DNA of 16,865 nucleotides. It comes from Chthonomonadales bacterium (GTDB taxonomy: Bacteria > Armatimonadota > Chthonomonadetes > Chthonomonadales > Chthonomonadaceae). Below the pieces are notes generated by a model. That model made no database searches. It was not told the DNA's origin and saw nothing but the letters and a program-made list of their open reading frames with translations. Position 1 is the first letter of the stretch. Each line of letters starts with the position of its first letter. The position numbers were made by a program, and so were the translations under genes. The stretch lies in contig JBBQPO010000125.1 of NCBI GenBank assembly GCA_038217285.1, positions 1 to 16,865 on the forward strand, written 5' to 3'. This document shows, in pieces, positions 1 through 6,820 of this stretch.

Positions 1-2
1 GG

Positions 3-764
3 GCGCGGGAGCGCGTGCCGCCAACTCTGAAAGCGCGAAAACAGACGGCGCGCATGATCGATACGACGACTGCCACCGCATTAGGCGAATGTTACCATCC
101 CGGGCATCCGACGAGCCGGGCGCAGGACAAAAACTCTCGTCTCGCCCTCCTTCGCTATATGCTGGATCATCATCTGATCGTCGGCTCGGAGATCGGCGTC
201 GACTGGGCTCTGCCATATTTGTGCTATTCGGAAGGGATGCTCAGTCCCGTCCCTTATCGACATCCCGAAGCAGGATACCTCAAGCCAAACATGACGCCGG
301 TCGAAAATACTCGGCGCTATCAGCTTAACCCCGCAGTCCGAGCGCCGCTGTGGGAACTGGTCTATCATGACTGTTCCGTCTCTTACTGGTACTGGGGTGA
401 TGCGAGCAATACGTTCCCCGAATATTGGCCGCGCCGTAATGCCTTCAATGCTCTGTACGCCACCCCACCGCTCTACATGATATTGACCGATGAAGCGATG
501 TATCTCTCGCAGCGAGACCGCGTTGTGGCAACGCATCAATTCCTGAAGCCTCTCTTTGCCGCCATCGGGTTTTCGGAGATGATCAGCCATCGTTTTCTCT
601 CCTCGGATCGTCTGCTTCAACAAAGCGTCTTTGCGAGCGGCGCTTCCGTGACGGTTAACTTCGCGGGCACTGCCAGAGAATATGCAGGAGGAAACATTCC
701 GGCAGGGGGTTATCGGCTGGAAACCCGGACGGGGGCGATAACTCTGTCGCAGCCGGGGGAGTAG
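3..764 (+). CDS. 5'-truncated glycoside hydrolase, C-terminal part; GH129/GH101-related (GHL) family
   Basis: The frame is open from the window edge to TAG at 762-764, so the GTG at 15 is probably internal. The motifs DTTTA..ECYHPGHP, GSE.G.DW..P, PLWELVYHD...WYWGD and EM.SH.FL..DR..Q.S.F..G..VTVNF match my recollection of GH129-like proteins. Confidence 0.65.
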   Translation, partial: ARERVPPTLKARKQTARMIDTTTATALGECYHPGHPTSRAQDKNSRLALLRYMLDHHLIVGSEIGVDWALPYLCYSEGMLSPVPYRHPEAGYLKPNMTPVENTRRYQLNPAVRAPLWELVYHDCSVSYWYWGDASNTFPEYWPRRNAFNALYATPPLYMILTDEAMYLSQRDRVVATHQFLKPLFAAIGFSEMISHRFLSSDRLLQQSVFASGASVTVNFAGTAREYAGGNIPAGGYRLETRTGAITLSQPGE

Positions 765-2834
765 TCACCTTGCCTCGCCGTCCGTACGCACCAGAGTGAA
801 CAAAAAGCGCTGCGATTCCGGGATTGTGATGTCCAGTTTGCGTCCCGGTAGGAGTGTTGCTTCCCCATCCCCGCTCAAAGTCGTGCCGATCATCGATGCC
901 CCCACGTCCGGCAAAAAGGGAAGGCTGACCTGCCATTGTGCTTCGGGAGACGCTTCGCGGAAGACAAGCAGGTACACGTGGCTACGGTCGGACGCGACAG
1001 ATGCAAACCCCGTCCACGTCACGCCGTCGGGTGCGGCTCCAATCGGATAAATCGTGCCGGAAAAAAGGGCATTGCGATGTTGTTTCCAGACCAAGATCAA
1101 GGGTGTGGCCTCCGCAAAATACGTTTCGGGCAGGTTCGACACCTCGAACCAACCCAGCGGTGAGGAAAACATGACGGTCGCAAACAGATAATCGGGACGA
1201 TACGCAGCGGGAGCCAGGGGATCATCGGCGTACTTGTCCGCGTTGCGGGCGTGGTTCAGGAACTCCATGCGCAGGCGCAGAGGGTCTACATGGTGCGCCA
1301 GTTGCCATAAGTTGCGGAGGGTCTGATGGGGCCAGTATTTCCGCCAGTCTGTGTAGCGGTTCTCGACAAACAGGGGGCCGACCTGCATCATACCAAAATA
1401 GCCTGGACGTGTTTCCGCCGTCACGTCCAGGTCGAACACGACGCGCCCCGCCGTCTTATTCAGCACATCGGCGAAGAACGCTTTCAGATGCCGCTCCCCC
1501 GTTTTTGAGCGCACTTTCACGCCGTCAATTTTGATGTAATCGATGTTGAGTTCGCGATTCAACCGGACAATGGTATCGGCGTCTCGCTGCCAGTTGGCAA
1601 AATCACCGCTGGAATCCGGCCCGAACCACAGCCCAAAGCGAAGTCCCTTTTCCGTCGCCGCGCGAACCAATCCTTCCAGTCCCTTGGGAAACCGATCCGG
1701 GTTGACCACCCAAAAGTCTTCCTTGGCCGCATAGAACCCTTCCCACACGCCGCCCTCCGACGGCGCGCGGACGGAGTTACTCGTGGTTCCCATCTGCCAG
1801 CCGTCGTCAATCTGTATTACATCCACACCCATCCGCGCTCCCTCTGCAATTTCCTGCGCCATGAAATCGGCGGTAATACGCGCGTCCTTACTTCGGTCGC
1901 CCCAGGTGTTTGAAAGCAACATACCGTCTCGCGTTGGCACATAAGGGCGCAGACAGCGCTGATACTGCTGCAGAGCGGCAATTCGTCCCGATTTTCCGTC
2001 CGAATACGCCAGTGTGACAAACGTATACCCCTCGCTCGTCATCTTCGCCCCATTGCCCGTCAAGACAAAGCGCCTCTCACCCGGAGAGACCCGCAAATCA
2101 TGGCGTGAGGCAACGGGACGAGCCGCAGGCAGGGGAGCCTCTTTCAGAAAGATCAGCCCCGTGCCCGTCAGCACATCTTCCACATAGAACAGACAGCCCG
2201 GCAGCATGAGCGTGGTTTCGGACGGGTGCAGCAGCCATTCCTTCTCAAAAACCAGTTCGTTATGATGGTCAGTCTGATCTTGCAGTGTGACCTGTGTCAA
2301 TCGCAGATGAAGCGGAGTAAGCATCAGCGATTCGAGAGCATCTGTTTCGCCCGGACTGCTCGCATTCGTTTGCGCCGCCTCGGCTTCAATGCCGGTCGGT
2401 TCGACTGCCGCAGTCGTTTCGGGCTCTGCTGTTTCGGTTTCCTTTGCCGCGCCTATTTCTGTATCGGCTTCCAGCGTCAGGCTCATGCGGACGCCGCGAC
2501 AATCCGGGAAAACTTGCAGGAAGTAACGCAGCGTGGACCGTTCTCCGGAAGCCGTCAATTCCGCTGTCAGCGAATCGGCCTCAAGAGACAGAGGTTTTGG
2601 AACTTCGCGCAGGGTCAGGTGGCGGTTTTCCTCCCTCGATGCAGTCTGGATCAATGGGATTGGCGCGGCCTGTTCGGAAGGCAAGACCAGCCAATCCACG
2701 CCCCCCACCGCATCGTAAAACGACTCCGCGCTCAAGAACCCATCTGCCGCAATGCGCCAGGTACGCCGGAACTGTGCGTTCCCCGCGCTCAGGCGATTCT
2801 CCGTAAGTTCAATAAAGCACCCGTTGGAACGCAT
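765..2834 (-). CDS. Alpha-galactosidase, GH36 (clan GH-D/melibiase-like), 689 aa
   Basis: NTWGD, IQIDDGWQ, RFPKGL, FGLWFGP and YIKID (nucleophile) motifs of the clan-D TIM barrel. AGGAG RBS upstream of ATG 2834. No obvious signal peptide. Confidence 0.85.
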   Translation of the reverse strand: MRSNGCFIELTENRLSAGNAQFRRTWRIAADGFLSAESFYDAVGGVDWLVLPSEQAAPIPLIQTASREENRHLTLREVPKPLSLEADSLTAELTASGERSTLRYFLQVFPDCRGVRMSLTLEADTEIGAAKETETAEPETTAAVEPTGIEAEAAQTNASSPGETDALESLMLTPLHLRLTQVTLQDQTDHHNELVFEKEWLLHPSETTLMLPGCLFYVEDVLTGTGLIFLKEAPLPAARPVASRHDLRVSPGERRFVLTGNGAKMTSEGYTFVTLAYSDGKSGRIAALQQYQRCLRPYVPTRDGMLLSNTWGDRSKDARITADFMAQEIAEGARMGVDVIQIDDGWQMGTTSNSVRAPSEGGVWEGFYAAKEDFWVVNPDRFPKGLEGLVRAATEKGLRFGLWFGPDSSGDFANWQRDADTIVRLNRELNIDYIKIDGVKVRSKTGERHLKAFFADVLNKTAGRVVFDLDVTAETRPGYFGMMQVGPLFVENRYTDWRKYWPHQTLRNLWQLAHHVDPLRLRMEFLNHARNADKYADDPLAPAAYRPDYLFATVMFSSPLGWFEVSNLPETYFAEATPLILVWKQHRNALFSGTIYPIGAAPDGVTWTGFASVASDRSHVYLLVFREASPEAQWQVSLPFLPDVGASMIGTTLSGDGEATLLPGRKLDITIPESQRFLFTLVRTDGEAR

Positions 2835-2878
2835 ATTGCTTCTCCTGTTGTGGAATACGTCCCTTCCATTGACGGACC

Positions 2879-3691
2879 TTAGTGCGAGTTGCGGTAGTGC
2901 CCGGAGAGGCCCCGCTTCTCGATGACTTCGGGGTAACTGCGCGTCGGATCGGCGTAACTATTGCCGCCCAGGTCACGGCCGCGCGCCAGATAGACCACAT
3001 GGGCGCCATCAAATCGGTCGGCATCAAACTTGACCGCGCTTGAACAAAATCGCATTGTCCATCCGCAGCGACGAATCGCGCTGGTATTCGGCTCGCTGGA
3101 GTGCATGACGCGGGCGTCGTGGAGACTGCACTCGTTCGGGTCGAGCTCGATGTAGACCGCCTTGCTGTCGTCGCGCTGACTGGCGCGAATCTCGGAACCG
3201 AAAACATTCTGCTCCGGGTTCACGGCGTCGTAGTCAGAGTAACCTTTCTGACCCTCGACATGGGTGCGCGGGATCACTTTCATACAGCCGTTGAGCCTGG
3301 TGGACGGGTCTATCGCCAGCCATACCGTGCAGATCTCCATTGGCGTAATGCGTCCTTTCCAGTACGCCGAATCCTCATGCCACGGCACACGCCTCCCGTT
3401 GCCGGTAGGCTTGCAGATGAAGTGCGAAGAGAACAGGGCGATATTGGGTCCGGTGATAGATTCAACAATGTCCAGAACGGCATCATCGAACGCCCATTTA
3501 AGCAGTTCCGGGTGCATGAAATGCGGTACGTCCATCGCTTCCGGGCGTTCGCCTGCAGGCAGTTCCGCCAGAATCGTCTCGAAGTAGTTTTTCAGGCCGG
3601 TGAATTTACCCTCCGGGAGTGTAGGCTCTTTGTAAATGAGATAGCCCTCGTTTTGATACCGCGCGATCTGCACGGGCGTCAGTCTGGACAT
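2879..3691 (-). CDS. Phytanoyl-CoA dioxygenase (PhyH) family Fe(II)/2-oxoglutarate dioxygenase, 270 aa
   Basis: N-terminal LT..QI..Y...GY, HxD metal motif in PWHEDSAYW, TVWLAID....NGCM.VIP.TH, and distal His plus 2OG-binding Arg in HSSEPNTSAIRR. AAAGGT RBS. Confidence 0.9.
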   Translation of the reverse strand: MSRLTPVQIARYQNEGYLIYKEPTLPEGKFTGLKNYFETILAELPAGERPEAMDVPHFMHPELLKWAFDDAVLDIVESITGPNIALFSSHFICKPTGNGRRVPWHEDSAYWKGRITPMEICTVWLAIDPSTRLNGCMKVIPRTHVEGQKGYSDYDAVNPEQNVFGSEIRASQRDDSKAVYIELDPNECSLHDARVMHSSEPNTSAIRRCGWTMRFCSSAVKFDADRFDGAHVVYLARGRDLGGNSYADPTRSYPEVIEKRGLSGHYRNSH

Positions 3692-3705
3692 AGTTTTGCA
3701 CCTTT

Positions 3706-5607
3706 CTATAGTTTCCGGTTTTCATACACGCCTTTGCTGGGCGCGGCCTTGCGCGGCCTGCCGTCCAGATCGAGAAAAGGCATAAAGGGGAACGTTGCTC
3801 CCATGCCGATGGCCGGGCTGCCCGGCTTCAGATGAAAATCGGCGCTGTTGGCGTCGCGGGACGGATTCACGAACATCGGGTCGCCAATCACATCGCCTTC
3901 GCCCATAGTCGGCGCGATGTTGCCGCCGAAATACAAGTTGTGTGAGTAAAGGACTGTCGGGCTTCTTTTGCTGGCGTTGACCGGCTCCGGCTTAGCGCCT
4001 GCCGCAATATCAGCGACGGGAGCGACCAGGATATTGTTGATGATCCGCACATCTTCCGAGCCATACGCAAATATCTGGGAATACTCAAGCGACTTCGAGG
4101 CGCTGTTCAGATACACGGTGTTGTTGATGATGTCTACCCGGTTCGCGCTGACGGTATGAATGCCGGACCCGCCGTTGTCAAAGCATAGATTGCTTTGCAC
4201 CAGGGTTCGGCCTCGGAAGGAGGAGTTCGGGCGGAAAGTCGTCTTCTGGTTCACATCGAGTATAATTCCGTTGCCGTCCGAGGGGCGGTTGACTTCCTTC
4301 CAGAATTCAAAGGTTTCGTTGCGATAGCAGGTATTGTTTCGGATTAGTACCCTATAGATGTTGTCCGAGGCGTCGAAGTTGGAGGCCCCCATCACAGAAA
4401 TGCCCGAAGTGCCGTAGATCGTCGTCCAGCAGTTGCAGCAGCAGAGGTTGTTTTCAACCGTCACCCAATCCCCTTCTATCGAGCCGATGCCGCAGCCAGG
4501 GCAGTATTCGACCAGATTATCCGCAATGCGCAGATGGTGGGGAAAGTTTTTCATAAAGCGGCCATCCACGGCGATACCGTTCGAGTTGGTGCGCGAGTCG
4601 GCTTTGTTCATCGCTTCGGGATACTTTGTCTTGGCGACATTGCCCTCGCCCCTGATATGCAGGCCCCGGATTTCGAGGTAGGCCAGAGCCGGAATTTCCG
4701 AAGGCTTTTCTTTGGAGCCGTCCGCGATGCTGACGATATTCCATCCCGTTGAGGTCAGCATCGGTTTCTGCCCTGGATAGTTTTTAAGAACGATCCACGC
4801 CTCCGGCGTGCCGCCGCGCCGGAAGGAGGCCACAGCCGCCTGCCCGCCCTGATATGTCCCCTCCATCAGCAGGATGATGTCACCGGCCTGCGCCACATCA
4901 AGCGCTTTCTGGGGAGTGGCAAAGGCGGTCTTTTCCGTGCGTCCATCCGCGCTGTCGCTGCCTTGCGGACGGACATAATAGGCAGGTGACGCGTAATTCA
5001 CGTTGTCTACGCGAAGTTGCACCGCGTGTTCCGCAGGCTCTCCCGCTCCGCTGAACACGCCGCTTATCTCGAAGGTGAACTGCACGAAGGGGGCCGTCGG
5101 CTGGAACTTGCCTGCCCCCAGCGGCTTCAGGACGGAAAGATCGAGGGCGTATCGTTGGAAGAAGTCGGGGGCGGCAGGGGAGATCGTACCACTCAGGCCG
5201 CCTGTGCGGTGTTTCGCGGCGTCGAAGGACTCGACGCGCACGGCGACAGGTTTTGCGGTGGAGGCAGACATGTCAAAACTCAAGGTCAGTTTGCCGAGGT
5301 TTGCTTCGGAATTCTCTACCGGTAAAAGGCCGCTGACAAGCGCCGCGCGCCACTTGCCCCGAACCGTCGAAAAGCCCCGCACGGTCAGGAGCATCGCGCC
5401 GGAGGGCTGGGTGGTATTCACCACATCTACCGTTCCGACAGGCTGGAGCGTCGTGGCTGCCGAGACAGCGGCGGGAGAGGAGGACGCCGTCGCGGTTGGC
5501 CAGGCGGACGGGGAAGGGGTGTTGAAGTCGCTTTTGAGCAGCGTTACCGCGTATGTCTGCGTCGGCAGCATCGCAAGAAAGAAAAGCGGCCAGAAAAATC
5601 GTTTCAT
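3706..5607 (-). CDS. Secreted right-handed parallel beta-helix (pectin-lyase-fold) protein with an uncharacterised N-terminal domain, 633 aa
   Basis: Signal peptide MKRFFWPLFFLAMLPTQTYA. DUF1565-like YYVRPQGSDSADG...FATPQKA....AGD....GTY. Repeated I.NN...N turns. C-terminal DP.FVN....DFHL..GSPAI..G...DLDG.PR....GVYE tail resembling choice-of-anchor Q. Confidence 0.8.
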   Translation of the reverse strand: MKRFFWPLFFLAMLPTQTYAVTLLKSDFNTPSPSAWPTATASSSPAAVSAATTLQPVGTVDVVNTTQPSGAMLLTVRGFSTVRGKWRAALVSGLLPVENSEANLGKLTLSFDMSASTAKPVAVRVESFDAAKHRTGGLSGTISPAAPDFFQRYALDLSVLKPLGAGKFQPTAPFVQFTFEISGVFSGAGEPAEHAVQLRVDNVNYASPAYYVRPQGSDSADGRTEKTAFATPQKALDVAQAGDIILLMEGTYQGGQAAVASFRRGGTPEAWIVLKNYPGQKPMLTSTGWNIVSIADGSKEKPSEIPALAYLEIRGLHIRGEGNVAKTKYPEAMNKADSRTNSNGIAVDGRFMKNFPHHLRIADNLVEYCPGCGIGSIEGDWVTVENNLCCCNCWTTIYGTSGISVMGASNFDASDNIYRVLIRNNTCYRNETFEFWKEVNRPSDGNGIILDVNQKTTFRPNSSFRGRTLVQSNLCFDNGGSGIHTVSANRVDIINNTVYLNSASKSLEYSQIFAYGSEDVRIINNILVAPVADIAAGAKPEPVNASKRSPTVLYSHNLYFGGNIAPTMGEGDVIGDPMFVNPSRDANSADFHLKPGSPAIGMGATFPFMPFLDLDGRPRKAAPSKGVYENRKL

Positions 5608-6680
5608 CAGAGGATAACTCCCTGTTCGTGAACGCCATGCGGCGGCGCGGTAGAGCCGCGGACAATCAAGCGGGTGGGAATCTGTATCTCCCGGTGAAGA
5701 GTAATACTGCCGGTCTCGCTGTTTTCGGCGGCGCTGCTTTCGGCAAAGCCGATGACCTGGAGAGCGGCGGCCTGTCCCATCTCGTAAAACGCCTGGTCAA
5801 CGGTCGTAAGCGGCGGGTCTACGAATTCGGAAAGGGAGCCGTTGGAGTAGCCGGTGACAGACAGATCGGCGGGAAGGCGCAGTCCCAGGGAGCGGGCGAT
5901 ACGCAGCACGACGAGGGCAATGGTATCTGCGGAACAGACGACTGCGGTGGGCAGATGTCCCCTGCTTTCCTGAAACAGCGCCCGCACCTCGTCCTCCATG
6001 ATCTTCTGATCTCCCCAGGAGGAGTGCCTGATCCAGTGGGGGGGAGCGGACAATCCGGCTTCGGCAAGCGCGGCGCGAAAACTCTGTTCTCGCCATGCCG
6101 ACAGCGATCCAGGACGACCGCCAATGAAAGCGATTCGGCGATGCCCCAGCGCGGTCAGATGAGAAATCACCTGTCCAATGCCCTGCTCATCGTCCGAGCG
6201 AATCCGAACGCCCCACGCTGCGGGCGGAACATTGTCGAGCAGGGCGAGGGGAATTTTGTTTTCACGGAAAGCGTCGTGCAGACGCTGATGCGCCTCGTCG
6301 CTAAGGCCGACAATCAACGCACCCGCCAGCCGCCATTCCAGGCACCGCGCAATCGTGGCCTCGTCAATCCCGTTGTAAGAGAGATGAAGAACTTTGAGCA
6401 GATAATCGTTCTGGCTGGTGGCCTCCATGGCGCCGGTCAGGATGTTGATGATGTTCTCGCCGGAATGCGGCGCGGTGAGAACGCCGATGATGCGGCTCTT
6501 CCCCGTTACCATAGCCCGCGCCAACTGATTGCGCTGGTACCCAAGTTCCCGCGCAGCCTCCATCACCCGTTCCCGTGTCGGCTGGGAGATTTTGAGGCGG
6601 TCTGCGCTGCCTCCCAGCACAAACGAGACCGTAGCCTGCGACACTCCCGCCCGCTCCGCCACCTGGCCCATCGTTACCAT
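5607..6680 (-). CDS. LacI/GalR family transcriptional regulator, 357 aa
   Basis: HTH TMGQVAERAGVSQATVSFVL, hinge ELGYQRNQLARAM, LGHRRIAFI, P.DLSV.GY and PPLTTVDQ. Its TGA overlaps the next ATG (TGATG at 5609-5605), suggesting translational coupling. Confidence 0.95.
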   Translation of the reverse strand: MVTMGQVAERAGVSQATVSFVLGGSADRLKISQPTRERVMEAARELGYQRNQLARAMVTGKSRIIGVLTAPHSGENIINILTGAMEATSQNDYLLKVLHLSYNGIDEATIARCLEWRLAGALIVGLSDEAHQRLHDAFRENKIPLALLDNVPPAAWGVRIRSDDEQGIGQVISHLTALGHRRIAFIGGRPGSLSAWREQSFRAALAEAGLSAPPHWIRHSSWGDQKIMEDEVRALFQESRGHLPTAVVCSADTIALVVLRIARSLGLRLPADLSVTGYSNGSLSEFVDPPLTTVDQAFYEMGQAAALQVIGFAESSAAENSETGSITLHREIQIPTRLIVRGSTAPPHGVHEQGVIL

Positions 6681-6700
6681 GAAAACTCAGCTTTCTGTAA

Positions 6701-6728
6701 GTTAAACGTATTAGTTATACGTTTCAAC
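6701..6728. promoter_or_regulatory. Tandem LacI-type operator sites
   Basis: TTAAACGTATTA (6702-6713) and TTATACGTTTCA (6715-6726) are imperfect palindromes with a central CG. Together they form the inverted repeat AAACGTAT-N5-ATACGTTT, between the predicted promoter and the lacI start. Confidence 0.6.
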
Positions 6729-6742
6729 GTGGATTGAGGTAC

Positions 6743-6771
6743 AGTATAACACAACTTTCAGGATACTGCAA
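6743..6771 (-). promoter_or_regulatory. Sigma70-type promoter of the lacI-family operon
   Basis: On the minus strand: TTGCAG (6771-6766), 17-bp spacer, TATACT (6748-6743), with an extended -10 TGn immediately before TATACT. It lies about 60 nt upstream of the lacI ATG. Confidence 0.6.
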
Positions 6772-6820
6772 GAGCGAATGACCGCCCTGCCGGTATCGAG
6801 GACAACATGAGGATAACCTG

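Noticed and set aside
2226-3835. 218-aa and 244-aa + strand ORFs
   Set aside because: Antisense to the GH36 and PhyH genes; Arg-rich shadow composition.
5553-6737. 394-aa + strand ORF
   Set aside because: Antisense shadow of the clear LacI gene, with no recognisable motifs. Such shadows are common in GC-rich DNA.
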